The position numbers were made by a program, and so were the translations under genes. A DNA stretch of 64,000 nucleotides, taken from an uncultured Acidobacteriota bacterium. GTDB lineage: Bacteria > Acidobacteriota > Vicinamibacteria > Fen-336. The stretch lies in NCBI GenBank assembly GCA_963823195.1, contig CAWGKR010000004.1, positions 314,281 to 378,280 of the forward strand. Direction: 5' to 3'. Positions 21,254-33,244 of the stretch are shown one piece after another. Position 1 is the stretch's first letter, and the number at the start of each line of letters is the position of its first letter. A model generated the notes under the pieces. It worked only from the letters and a program-made list of their open reading frames with translations, had not been told where the DNA came from and did not search any database.

Positions 21254-22414
21254 CTACAGGAACGGCGGGTCGTCGGCGGTGGCGGGGCGCCCTTCGGCGG
21301 CGTGGACGACGCCGTCGCTGCCGAGCATGAGGTATCGGCCGGTTCCGCCGTGGGCGCGGCCGAGACGGCGAAGCGGCGGAAGCTCCGCTTCGGGCATCCG
21401 GCCGTGGGCGCCACCGGGTCCATCACCGTGAGCTCGAAGTGACAGCCGTTCGCCTCGGGCGCGGCCAGCTCCGGTGGCAGGAACACCGGGCCCGACGGCG
21501 GGTAGTTCGTGATCACGCTCGCGGGGTTGGTGAGCCCGTCGAGGTCGGCATAGGTTCCGCAGGTCCCGAGCCGAAAGGCCTCCTCGGCGGCCACGACGGC
21601 TTTGAGGCGCGCGACGCACACGGCCGCCGTCGACCGCGCCCGAGACGCCGCGACTTCAGGTACCTGGGGAGGTAGATCGCCGCGATCACACCCGCGACGG
21701 TCAACATGAGCAGCACCAGGCATCCGACGGCGCCGATGATCAGGAGGGTCTTGCCACTTCCTGCGGCCTTGGCCGGCGACGCGCGGGGCGGCGGCGCGGG
21801 GCTCGAGCCGCGGCAGCGACGGGGCGGCCGCTCGCGGGGCGGCGGGCCGAGGTGGCGCCGCCGGGGGTGGCGGAGGCGGCTGCGGAGGGCGGTTTCGCCG
21901 GTGGGGGCGGTGCCGCGACCGGCGGCCGAGGTGCGGGAGCGGGCGCGGGGGCCGCGGGCGCGCGGCGGCGAGGCGCGGCCGCTCCGCTCAGGTCGTTCAT
22001 GTCCTCCGGGGCCATCACGAGCGTCCCGGGGACGTCCTCCTCGAGGACCTTCAGGGTCACCTCGCCGACCCGGACCGTGTCCCCCACGACGAGCTGGGCC
22101 CGCTCGACCTTCTTGCCGTTGACGTAGACGCCGTTGGCGCTGCCGGCGTCCCGGACGGCGATCCCGTCGGGGCCCGCCTCGAGCACCGCATGGCGGCGCG
22201 AGCACTTGGGGTCGTTCAGGACGAGGTCGCAGGACGGGTCGCGGCCGAGCACGGCCACGGTCCCCGACAGCTCGACCTCGTGCTGAGCCCCGGTCGGATA
22301 GCGGATCTCGAATCTCACGGTATCCCTTTTGCCACCGATGACTTGACCGGATTCTAGCAGGGATTGGAGGGCGCCGCCCACGGCTGGCGCTCCGGCCCCG
22401 GCGTGGTGTAGCAT
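21254..22414 (-). CDS. FHA-domain protein fused to a Pro/Ala linker, a single pilin-like TM helix and a Cys-containing periplasmic pilin-like domain; at least 3 frameshifts
   Basis: FHA core: TVRFEIRYPTGAQHEVELSGTVAVLGRDPSCDLVLNDPKCSRRHAVLEAG...NGVYVNGKKV. Pro/Ala-rich linker. TM GKTLLIIGAVGCLVLLMLTVAGVIAAIYLPRYLKS resembles a type IV pilin N-terminal helix but lacks the G-F cleavage site and Glu5. Ectodomain ...AAVCVARLKAVVAAEEAFRLGTCGTYADLDGL...NGCHFELTVMDPVAPTAGCPKRSF...RYLMLGSDGVVHAAEGRPATADDPPFL-stop. Confidence 0.55.
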
Positions 22415-22447
22415 CGGCTTCCGCCGTTCTCTCGGGAGATCGCTTCA

Positions 22448-25400
22448 ATGATCACTGCGGATCCTCAGAAGCGGGCCGCGCGCCTCGCGGAGCTCAAGGA
22501 GATCCTGACCCGCACGGCGGCCCCCGACGACCGGGACCTGCTCCTCTCCTTCGCCCCGGTCCTCTACGCGGAGATGCCCGACCGGATCGCCCTGGACCTC
22601 CACGTCGAGACCCTGGCGGCGCGGATCCAGGAGCATTTCCGCTTCGTGGTCCGGGAGATGCCCCCGGCCTTCCAGCTCTACAAGGGGCTCCCGGGCATCC
22701 ACGTCTGGGCCCGGAACCCGAGCGAGGCCGAGTCCCGCGCCACCGGCGCCGAGGACGGCCTCCCCCTGGAGACGACCATCGTCGAGACCCACACCCTGGA
22801 CGCGCCGTTCATCTTCGAGAGCCTGAAGAACTACTTCCAGAAGGCGGACCTCCGCGTCTTCTCGGCGATCCATCCGATGTTCAGCGTCCGCCGCCAGTGG
22901 GAGCGGATCGTGGCGGTGGGCTCCTCCCAGGACGAGGGCTCGAAGGAATCGTTCTGCCACTTCCAGATCGAGCGCATCGAGTCCAAGGAGCGGCTCCGGC
23001 GCATCGAGCACGAGATCTTCTCGGTCCTGAAGGCCGTCTTCACGGCGGTCGAGGACTTCCAGGACATGGTCCGGGTCGTCGCGCGAGACGGGGCCGCGCC
23101 TCCGGTCGCGCCGCGGCGACGCGCCCGACGTCGCGTCGGCCCGGGCCTTCCTCGACTGGCTCCTCCAGGACAACTACATCCTCCTCGGCACCGCCCGCTA
23201 CCGCATCGGCGCCGACGACCTGCCCGATCGCATCCCCGAGAGCGCGTCGGGCGTCTTCACCGACGCGACGCTGCTGCCGGTGGTCTTTCCCGGGCGTCAT
23301 CGAGGAGGTGGAGGCCCACGTCCGGCCCGAGCCCGGCGACGATCGGATCATCGACATCGACTACTGCAAGAACGCGCACCGCCATCTACCACCTCGAGCC
23401 GATCGACGACATCGTCCTCCGCGAGTGGAACGAGGACGGGAGCCTGGCCGAGGTCACCGTTCTCGTCGGGCGCTTCGCCAAGGGGGCCTTCGCCGAGAAG
23501 GCCTCCGACATCCCGCCGCTGAAGGAGAAGCAGGACTGGCTCCTGGCCCACAGCGGCGCCCTGCCCAACTCCCACGCCTTCCGGGAGATCCGCGGCGTCT
23601 TCAACCGCTTCCCCAAGCGGGAGCTCTTCTACGCCGACGTCCAGAGCCTGAAGGAGGTCCTGGACCGCATCGTCTACATGACGGGGGACGACGAGATCGC
23701 GGTCTACAGCCGGACCGGGAAGGGGTACGTCGCCCTCTCCATCGCCTTCTCGCGCCTCCGCTACTCGTACAAGATCGAGGAGGACCTGCGCCGGAGCCCT
23801 GGCCGAGGAGTTCGGGCCGATCTCCTTCCACACCTCGGCCGACTGCGGCGGCGGTGACGCTGCTCCTCTACTACTTCGACGCCAACCTCCTCGAGCACCC
23901 GGTGGAGGAAGAGGCCGTGCGCCGCCTCACGCGGGCACTCGTCACCACCTGGGAGGACCGGGTGAGCGCGATCCTGGAGAAGTCGTTCGGAGAGCGGGAG
24001 GGGCGCCGCCTCTTCGAGCGCTACGTGCGCTCCGAGACGCGGAGCGGCATCTACCGCGAGTCGACGCCCCCCGAGGAGGTCCCCGACGACCTGACCCACC
24101 TCGAGACCCTCGAGGGCCGCCTCGTCACCGCCGTGGTGCCGCGGACGAGCGAGATGGTGAGCCTGAAGCTCTACTCGGTGCGACCGCTCGGCCTCACCGA
24201 CACGCTCCGGACCCTCCAGAACCTGGGCCTGTCGCGTCACCGAGGAGCTTCAGATCACCCTGGCGCTCCCCGAGGGCCGGAAGGGGTATCTCTACCGGTT
24301 CGCCATCGAGGCTCCCCCGGGCCGCATCGCGTCACTTCTGTCGGGCGGTGAGCGCTTCGCCAAGGCGCTCCGGGCCCTCGACGAAGAACGGGCGAGCGAC
24401 GATCCGCTGAACGGCCTCGTCCTGCAGGCCGGACTCGGCTGGCGCGAGGTCGAGGTGCTGCGCGCGCTGCGCAACCACCTGCTCCAGATTCGGCCGTACT
24501 ACAACGTCGAGACCGTGAACGGCGTCCTGCTCGCGCAACAGCAACGTGGCCCGCGCGCTCTTCCGGTCCTTCGCCGCGCGCTTCGACCCGGCGGTCACGG
24601 GGGACCGCGCCGAGGCCATCGCCGAGAGCGAGAAGGGTGTCAGGGCCGCCCTCGAGGCCGTGCGCAGCCTCGCCGAGGACGAGGTCCTCCGCGCCCTCGA
24701 CAACCTCGTCCGATCCAGCCTGCGCACGAACTTCTACCAGAGCCCCGAGCGGCCGGTGGTGGCGATCAAGGTCGACAGCCGGAAGGTCGAGGGGATGCCG
24801 TCGCCACGGCCCATGTTCGAGATCTACGTCCACTCGCGGCTCATCCAGGGGATCCACCTGCGCGGCGGCAAGGTCGCGCGGGGCGGCATCCGCTGGAGCG
24901 ACCGCCACGACGACTTCCGGACCGAGATCCTGGGCCTGATGAAGACGCAGATGGTGAAGAACGCCATCATCGTCCCCGTCGGCTCCAAGGGAGGCTTCGT
25001 CCTCAAGGGCGACGTCCCGCCGCGGCCGGCGCTCGACGCCTACCTGATCGACCGCTACCGGGAGTTCGTGTCCGGGCCTCCTCGACGTCACCGACAACAT
25101 CGTGGACGGCGAAGACGCTCCACCCGCCCGAGGTCGTGCGCCACGACGCCGACGATCCGTACCTCGTGGTGGCGGCCGACAAGGGGACGGCGCACCTCTC
25201 CGACACCGCGAACAGCGTCTCGGCGCAGTACGGCTTCTGGCTCGGCGACGCCTTCGCCTCCGGGGGGAGCGTCGGCTACGACCACAAGAAGGTCGGGATC
25301 ACGGCCCGCGGGGCGTGGGAGTGCGTGAAGCACCACTTCAAGAACCTGGGCCTCGACGTCCAGACGCAGGCCTTCACCATGGCCGGCGTCGGCGACATGG

Positions 25401-26684
25401 CGGGGGACGTCTTCGGCAACGGCGCCCTCATGAGCCGCGCGACGCGCCTCGTGGCCGCCTTCAACCACCTGCACATCTTCGTCGACCCCAACCCCGACCC
25501 CGAGAAGACGTACAAGGAGCGCGAGCGCCTCTTCCGCCTGCCGCGGTCGAGCTGGCGCGACTACGACACGAGCCTCATCAGCGCCGGCGGCGGCATCTTC
25601 GACCGATCCGCCAAGGCGATCCCGCTGTCCCCCGAGATACGCCAGCTCCTCGACATCGAGGGGGAGAGCGCCTCCGGGGAGGAGGTCGTGCGCCGCATCC
25701 TGACGATGCGCGTGGACCTCCTGTACAACGGCGGCATCGGCACCTACGTGAAGGCCTCGAGCGAGGAGGACGCCGACGTCGGCGATCGCGCCAACGACCG
25801 CGTGCGCGTCGACGGCCGCGACCTGCGGGCGCGGGTGGTGGGCGAAGGGCGGCAACCTCGGCTTCACCCAGAAGGGCCGCCTCGAGTACTGGCAGCGGGG
25901 CGGTCTCGTGAACACCGACGCCGTGGACAACTCGGGCGGCGTCGACATGTCGGACCACGAGGTCAACATCAAGATCCTCATGGACCTCCTCGTGAAGCGC
26001 GGCGCCGTGAAGGGGCGGGAGGAGCGCAACAGGATCCTGGCCGAGATGACCGAGGAGGTCGCGGATCTGGTGCTCGCCGACAACGCGAGCCAGGCCCTGG
26101 CCCTGAGCCTCGACGGCCTCCGGAGCGCCGCCCGCTACGACGAGTTCGTCCGTCTCATCGAGGACATGGCGGGGGCCGGCGTCCTGAACCGCGCGGACGA
26201 CGCGATCCCCACGCGCGACGAGCTCCTGGCGAGCCCCGAGCAGAAGCGGGGCCTGCCGCGGCCGCTTCTCTGCCTCCTCCTCGGCCACACGAAGATGTTC
26301 GCCTTCGAGATGGTGATGGAGAGCGACTTCCCGGAGAGCGCCTCAGGGCGTCCCTTGCTCGAGCGCTACTTCCCGAAGCGGCTCCACGTCTTCAGCGAGC
26401 ACTTCGAGGGGCACGCCCTGCGCCGGGAGATCGTCGCCACCGCGGCCGTCAACTACATCATCAACAACGCCGGCGTCTGCTTCCTGTCTCGTCTCATGGC
26501 GACGACGAAGGCGGGCATCGGCGAGGTCGTGGCCGCCTACCTCGCTGCCGATCGCGAGTCGGGCGTCGAGAAGCGGGCGGCCATATTGGGCGCAGGGCAT
26601 CCCGCCGCGGCCGAGCAGGAGGCCCTTCTCGGCCTCGAAGACGAGCTGGAGGCCGCGACTCGCTCGCAGCTCGGAACGGCTTGA
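22448..26684 (+). CDS. gdhB: NAD-specific glutamate dehydrogenase, large (about 1400-1600 aa, GdhB/Bac_GDH family); about 8 frameshifts
   Basis: Consecutive conserved blocks across alternating frames: [20 protein letters not shown]..., ...[21 protein letters not shown]..., ...[15 protein letters not shown]..., ...[13 protein letters not shown]..., ...[13 protein letters not shown]..., ...[30 protein letters not shown]...RGGIRWSDR...[13 protein letters not shown], ...[35 protein letters not shown]..., ...[42 protein letters not shown]... to the stop at 26684. Confidence 0.85.
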
Positions 26685-28755
26685 GGGTCCCGGCCCTCCT
26701 GCTCCTGGCGTTCGCCGCCGGCTCGGGGCTCGCCGGCGCGGCCGCCGATCCCCACCCGGCCGGCGCGGCCGGGCGAGGGGCCTACGCCTTCGACGTGAGC
26801 CTCGGGACCCTTACCCTCAAGGACGGCGTCCACCTCGCGGCGACGTACTTCAGGCCGCGCCCCCGCGTGAAGGGCGAGCGGTTCCCGGTGCTGCTCGAGT
26901 TCCTTCCGTACCGCAAGGACGAGTCCACGTACATCGGCGACTACCCGATCTATTCCTACTTCGCGAAGCACGGCTTCGCCTGCGCGAGGGTGGACATCCG
27001 CGGCACCGGCGGCTCGGAAGGGCCGGTCCCCGATCGCGAGTACTCGGAGCAGGAGCTGGACGACGCCGTCGAGGTCATCGCCCAGCTCGCGGCGCAGCCC
27101 TGGTCCAACGGCAACGTCGGCATGTGGGGGATCTCGTGGGGCGGCTTCAATGCGATCCAGGTCGCCATGCGCCAGCCTCCGGCGCTCAAGGCCATCCTGG
27201 CGGCTCACGCTTCCGACAACCTCTTCTACGACGGCATCGACTTTCTCGACGGCGCCTTTCACGTCGACTCGTACCACCTCCAGGTCCACCACGAGAACGG
27301 CCTGCCGAAGCCCCCCGACTACAGGCTCGACGACGCCTACTTCAAGGAGCGGTTCGAGTCGTACCCCTGGTTCTTCACCTACGTGAAGCACCAGGTGGAC
27401 GGCCCCTTCTGGCGCAAGAGCGCGCTGCGCTACGACTTCAAGAAGCTCAAGGTCCCGATCTACCTGATCGGCGGCCTCCTCGACGGATATCGCGACGCGG
27501 TGCTGCGGGTTCTCGAGAACGCCGCTGTGCCCGTCAAGGCCGAGATCGGGCCCGTGGCACCACGATTGGCCCGACGAAGGCGAGCCGGGACCGAACTATG
27601 ACTGGGGCGTCGAGGCGACGAAGTGGTGGGACCACTGGCTTCGCGGGGAGTCCAACGGCATCGGCGACGGGAAGAGCCTCGCCGTCTTCGTCCGCGACGG
27701 GCACGCCCCCGACGATCGTCGCAAGACGACGCCGGGGGAGTGGCGCCTCGAAGACTGGCCCATCCAGAGGACCTCCTGGAAGCGCCTCTTTCCCACGGAG
27801 CAGCACGACCTGGCCCCGAAGGCGGAGAAGGAGAGCGTCGAGAAGCTCGCCTACGGTCCCGGCTACGGCATCGCCGCAGGGCTCTGGTGGGGCGAGCCGA
27901 CCGGAGACATGCGATCCGACGATGCCGGGAGCCTCGTCTTCGACACGCCGGAGCTCACGGATGCGACCGAGATCGTGGGCTTCCCGCGCGTCCACATCCG
28001 CGTGTCGGCCGACGCGCCCGTGGCCCACTGGATCGCCCGCGTCGAGGACGTCCAGCCGAACGGCACGGTCGCGCTGGTGGCGGCCGCCCTCCGGAACGCG
28101 TCGCGCCATCCCGACCCGCTTCGGCCGGAGCCCCTGGTCCCCGGGCAGGCCGTCGACCTCTCCTTCGACCTGCACTTCACCACCTGGACGTTCAAGCCGG
28201 GGCACCGCATCCGCCTCGCGGTCACGAACGCCCAGTTCCCGATGATCTGGCCGACTCCCTACGCAATGACGACGACGCTGCACCTCGGCGAGGGATCCTG
28301 GGTCGAGCTGCCGACCATCCCCTTCGAGAAGCGACCGGTGCCCGCCTTCGTTCCGCCGGAGCCGCGCGACCCGCGCCCCGACGCCAAGTGGCTGGAGTGC
28401 GAGGAGTGGCCGGAGGGCGTTCGGGAGCTGCGCCGCGACATGGCCCAGGGGAAGACCAGCTACGAGTGGAAGGCGGTGTGCGGCTGGGAGATCGGCGAGC
28501 GCCGGTACCACAACACGCAGCGCAACTTCTACGAGGCCAGCGATTCGCGCCCGGCCGAGTCCCGCTTCCGCGGCGACGAGTCCCACCGCATCGTCACCGA
28601 GCGTCCCGGGCCGCAGCCTGGAGCTGCGGACGGTCCTCGAGGTGCGCTCCGACGAGAAGAGCTTCTACGTGACCTTCACGAGGCGCCTGCTGGAGAACGA
28701 GGCCCTCGTGCGCGAGAAGCAGTGGGCCGAGACCATCCCCCGGCAGCTCCAGTAG
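26681..28755 (+). CDS. CocE/NonD family hydrolase (S15 X-Pro dipeptidyl-peptidase-like), secreted; about 3 frameshifts; TTG start overlaps the gdh stop (tentative)
   Basis: Signal peptide (M)[32 protein letters not shown]...[14 protein letters not shown]...[12 protein letters not shown]...[13 protein letters not shown] (Ser nucleophile, GxSxGG). C-terminal beta-sandwich ...[55 protein letters not shown]...[12 protein letters not shown]... Confidence 0.8.
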
Positions 28756-28873
28756 CGAGGCGCGGAGATCAGCCGGATCCGAGGGAACTCACGTTTTTCT
28801 CATCTCGAGCCCATGGCAATGAAGCCCCGAAGATCCGATGATCTCGGCACGTCCAGGAGGTGAGGAATTGCAG

Positions 28874-29731
28874 ATGCTGCTCTTGTCGGTCGCGATCCTG
28901 GCCCTTGCGGGTGGTGATTCGCCTGTCGCTGCGCTTCGACTACGACTCCAAGGCCCCCCTCGACGTCCGGGTAGAGGGCACCGCCGCGCGCGAAGGCGCC
29001 CTCGTCGGAGAGGTGACCTACTCGAAGCTTGCCGGCGGCCGGACCGGGGCCACGCTCGTGACACCGAAAGCGAACGGGCGGCACCCGGCGGTGCTGTTCG
29101 TCCACTGGTACGACTCCGACGCCACCAACTCCAACCGCACGCAGTTCCTGGACGAGGCGGTCGGCCTCGCCCAGTCCGGCGTCGTCTCGCTTCTCATCGA
29201 CACGATGTGGTCCGACACGAAATGGTTCGGGATCCGCAACCCCGCCGACGACCTTCCGAACTCGGTGGCGCAGGTGAAGGAGCTGCGACGCGCCCTGGAC
29301 GTCCTCGACGTCGCGCCCCGAGGTCGACCCCAAGCGCATCGCCTACGTCGGCCACGATTTCGGCGCCATGTACGGCTCGCTCCTCGGCGGCGCGGACCGC
29401 CGGGTCTCGGCCTACGTTCTGATCGCCGGGACGAAGTCCTTCAGCGATTGGTACCTGCTGGGGCGGAAGCTCGAAGGAGACGCGCGCGCCGCGGTGGTTC
29501 GCGAGCTCGCTCCCCTCGACCCTGCCGCTCGTGTCGGTGACCTCGCCCCGAGCCCCGTCCTGTTCCAGTTCGGGACGCAGGACCACTTCGTTCCCGCCGC
29601 CTCGGCCGACGCTTTCTTCGCCGGCGCCACGGAGCCCGAAGGAGATCCGCCGCTACGACTGCGGCCACGAGATGAACGCCGCAGCTGCAGCCGACCGCGT
29701 GGCCTGGGTGAAGGCGAAGCTGGGCCTCTGA
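28874..29731 (+). CDS. alpha/beta hydrolase (dienelactone hydrolase/esterase-like), secreted; about 3 frameshifts
   Basis: AGGAGGTGAGG Shine-Dalgarno sequence, signal peptide MLLLSVAILALAGG. ...HPAVLFVHWYDSD...RIAYVGHDFGAMYG (GHDFG = nucleophile elbow GxSxG-like with Asp/Ser variant)...VLFQFGTQDHFVP...YDCGHEMN. Confidence 0.65.
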
Positions 29732-29801
29732 CCGCGCCGTTCCGCCCCGCAAACGTTTGACGGTGCGTCGGCGAAATGGTCTAATCACCGACTGCTGCAA
29801 C

Positions 29802-29877
<76 letters not shown>

Positions 29878-29935
29878 ACCCCAACCCTTCCCACTTCGCC
29901 CCGCGTCGAAGCGCCTCGCGGCGACGCCAATGACC

Positions 29936-30479
29936 CTAGGGAGTCCCGTCGTCCCACATGTGATGGGAGATCCGCCAGGATCCATCGGGCAATTTTCTGA
30001 GGACGTTGAGATAGGTGCCGGGGTGACCGTAGGTCTTGGCGGCCCCATCTTCCATCGACCGTCCACCAGACATCGTCGTGTCCGTGGACGTAGGCCAGGC
30101 GACAGTCGCCACCGACACCTTCGGTCGTTATGTCGAGCTTCGTGATCGTTGTCGCTGGGGCATTCGGTGGCCACCAGTACTCTTTTATCGCCGCGATCCC
30201 GATCACGGGTTGGGCACCATGGGCGGGCAAGAGCACGGCGTCCTCGGTAAGGGTGGCAAGCACACCCTTGGCATCGCCTCGGAGCCAGGCTGCTCTGTAC
30301 GCTTCGATGACGCCTCGAACCGCCTGGGCATCCTTGGCTGGGATCGGTCCGCCGCACTCCTCGGAGTGCGCCCATGCCGGAACGCACGCCAAGAGGAAAG
30401 CTGCGGCCGGCAGGAGGCGCCGCCAGCCTCGCAAGAGAATGGTGGAAGGGAAGACGGCCTCAGTTGCATGTTCGTTCAT
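29936..30479 (-). CDS. SnoaL-like / DUF4440 (NTF2-fold) domain protein, secreted; one frameshift near 30100
   Basis: Signal peptide ...LLPAAAFLLACVPAWAHSEE. Pattern VRGVIEAYRAAWLRGDAKGVLATLTEDAVLLP...CRLAYVHGHDDVWW, continuing in another frame as ...MEDGAAKTYGHPGTYLNVLRKLPDGSWRISHHMW. The uncorrected ORF would run into the tRNA-Phe. Confidence 0.5.
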
Positions 30480-30507
30480 TGGTCTCTAGACGACGCTCAC
30501 GGCAGCG

Positions 30508-30900
30508 CTAGGCGGTCGGCTGCGGTCTCCGCCGCGAGGCTCTGGTCGATGGCGCCCGCCTTCCTGACGCCGGCTTGGCGGGTAGGGACAGGGCGTACTC
30601 CACTCCGTGTTCCACCCAACGCTCCAGATCCGCGTCCGCTTCGAGGCCCAGGGAGGCCACATACAGGAACCCCTTCATCGGTCGTCCGGTAAAGTCCATG
30701 GGTCGGGCGTGGGCCTGCCGGAGCAGACGTTCATGGGCCTCCCTACCGACCCGAACCATCAGGTCATCCTTGACGATGCCGACACACATATGGCCGCCAA
30801 TCAGGAACGCGATGCCCCCGAACATTCTCTTCTCGGAGACGCCCTGACGCTCGTCAAGGATTCCGCGGATACGTTCGGCCAACCCCTCGTCGTACCCCAT
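30508..30900 (-). CDS. TfoX/Sxy N-terminal domain protein
   Basis: MGYDEGLAERIRGIL...EKRMFGGIAFLIGGHMCVGIVKDDLMVRVG matches the TfoX_N consensus. Confidence 0.65.
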   Translation of the reverse strand: MGYDEGLAERIRGILDERQGVSEKRMFGGIAFLIGGHMCVGIVKDDLMVRVGREAHERLLRQAHARPMDFTGRPMKGFLYVASLGLEADADLERWVEHGVEYALSLPAKPASGRRAPSTRASRRRPQPTA

Positions 30901-31034
30901 CGCACGCTCCTTGTCCGCTGACCTTTCGCTTCAATGCCTGCGGATTCCGAGTTCATGAGTTCGGCTGTGCAGGGCTCCCACGCTGAGCGCTTGTGCCGCG
31001 CGGAACGGCTATAGTAGCTCCCGCAAGGAGCCCG

Positions 31035-33214
31035 ATGGCGATCGAGCCCGGCACGCAGCTGGGACAGTTCGAGGTCTTGTCGCCGCTGGGCCGCGGCGGC
31101 ATGGGAGAGGTGTATCGCGCGCGCGACTCGCGGCTCTCCCGCGAGGTGGCGCTCAAGGTCCTGCCCGAGGCCCTGGCCAAGGATGCCGACCGGGTGCTGC
31201 GTTTCGAGCGTGAGGCCCGGGTCCTTGCCTCCCTGAACCACCCGCACATCGCGGCCGTCCACGGCTTCGAGCAGGGGGACGGCCACCGTTTTCTCGTGCT
31301 CGAGCTCGTGCCCGGGCTGACGCTGGCGGAACGGCTCGCCAAGGGCCCGATCGAGGTTCGCGAGGCCCTGACCATCGCCCGCCAGATCGCGGAGGCCCTC
31401 GAAGAGGCCCACTCCAAGGGCGTGATCCACCGCGACCTCAAGCCCGCAAACGTCAAGATCACACCCGAAGGGCGGGTGAAGGTCCTCGACTTCGGCCTGG
31501 CCAAGGCCATGGGAATGGACGAACCGTCGGAGGCCTCGCTCGAAGACTCGCCGACGCTGGACCGCGTGGACAGCGCGGGTGTCATCCTGGGCACGGCCGG
31601 CTACATGAGCCCCGAGCAGGCGCGAGGATATGTCGTGGACAAGCGGGCCGACGTCTGGGCCTTCGGGTGCGTGCTCTTCGAGATGCTGGCGGGGCGGCGG
31701 CTCTTCAGCGGCCCCTCGAGCACCGATGCCCTCGCTGCGGTGCTCACGGCCGAGCCCGAATGGGCCCGGCTGCCCGAGCGGACGCCCCCGCTCGTGCGGA
31801 GCCTGTTGCGCCGCTGCCTGCAGAAGGACAAGGCCTCGCGGCTCCACGACATCGCCGATGCGCGCCTCGAGATCGAGGACGCGCTGCGGGAGGAGATCTC
31901 GGGAATCGTCCCGGCACCTCGGTCCCGCCCCCCGTTCGATCCCCGCCGGGCCCTTACGCATGCTCTCGCGTTCGTGGTCGGCGGCCTCGCGGGCGCGGCG
32001 CTCGTGTCCGCGCTCGCGCGGCCGAAACCGGTCGCGTCCACCGGCCGCTTCAACATAAACCTGCCGGCCGAGAGCGTTCTGCGCAACGCCTTGCAGGGCG
32101 TCCTTCCCATCGTGCTCTCCTCGGACGGCACGCGCATCGCCTACGTCGGCCAGCGTCCCGATGGCCGGAACCAGGTCTTCGTGCGGCGCATGGATCGCCT
32201 CACGCCCGAACCCGTGGCAGGGACCGAGGGCGCGATCATGCCCTTCCTCTCACCGAACGGCGAGTGGCTCGGCTTCATGTCCGAGGGCAAGGTAAAGAAG
32301 ATCCCGCTGGCAGGCGGGCAAGCCTCCGTGATCTGCGACGCTCCCGACCCACGCGGCGCAAGCTGGGGCGAGGATGGAACCCTGCTGCTCGCGCCCCGAA
32401 ACGGCGGCGGAAGGTGTCGCCCGACGGCAAGCAGATCGCGGTCGTGATCGAAGGCCCTGAGGACAGCCTCTGGGTCCTCGACATCCAATCCGGCACGCCG
32501 AGCCGGCTGACCTCCGACATGGACGTCAGCTCGGTCGAATGGAGCCCGGACGGCCGCTCCCTGTTCCTCACCGGCAACGCGGACGGTCCACGGAGCATCT
32601 ACAAGGTCGCGGCCGACGGCAGCGGGAAGCCGGAGCTCGTGTTCCGCAAGACGGAATGGTGGACGAACGACCTCTCTCCGCGCCCGGACGGCTCCGGCGT
32701 CCTGTTCGCGGCGCAGGACGTGGGCGGTCACGACATCGTCTTCGTCCGCGAGGGGAGCCAGAAGGCCGAGCCATTCCTGGCGACGCCCAGCGACGAACGC
32801 CAGGAGGCGTTCTCCCCGAGCGGCGTCTTCGTCGCTTATACGTCGAACGAATCTGGCCGAAACGAGGTCTACGTGCGTCCCTTTCCTGGACCTGGTCCGA
32901 AGCGCCAGGTCTCGACCAGCGGCGGGATCATCCCGAGCTGGTCACGGGACGGCCGGGAGATCTTCTACTGGCAACCGGACCAGGTCGGGCGCCTCATGAA
33001 GGTGGCTTTCGACCCGGGGGACGCGAAGCTGAGCCGGCCGCAACCGCTCTTCGAGGTGCCCCTCGCCCAAGTCGATACCATGTCCCTGATGCCGGGCAAC
33101 CAGCAGTTCGTGATGGTGGAGCCAGTGAGCGAGGAGACGAGCCCACTCCTCATCGTCGTGATCCCCAGCTTCCTCGACGAGATGAAAGGGCGTCTCGCGG
33201 GCAAGCGGCCGTGA
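31035..33214 (+). CDS. Hanks-type Ser/Thr protein kinase with one TM and C-terminal TolB-like (PD40/WD40-like) beta-propeller; one frameshift near 32400
   Basis: LGRGGMGEVYRA, VALKVL, HRDLKPANV, DFGLAK, GYMSPEQ. TM ALAFVVGGLAGAALVSAL. Repeated ...SPDG...IAYV / SPDGK / SPDGRSLF / SPSGVFVAY / SRDGREIFY propeller blades. Confidence 0.8.
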
Positions 33215-33244
33215 GATCTTGCCCGCGCACCGGCGGGCACGGCC

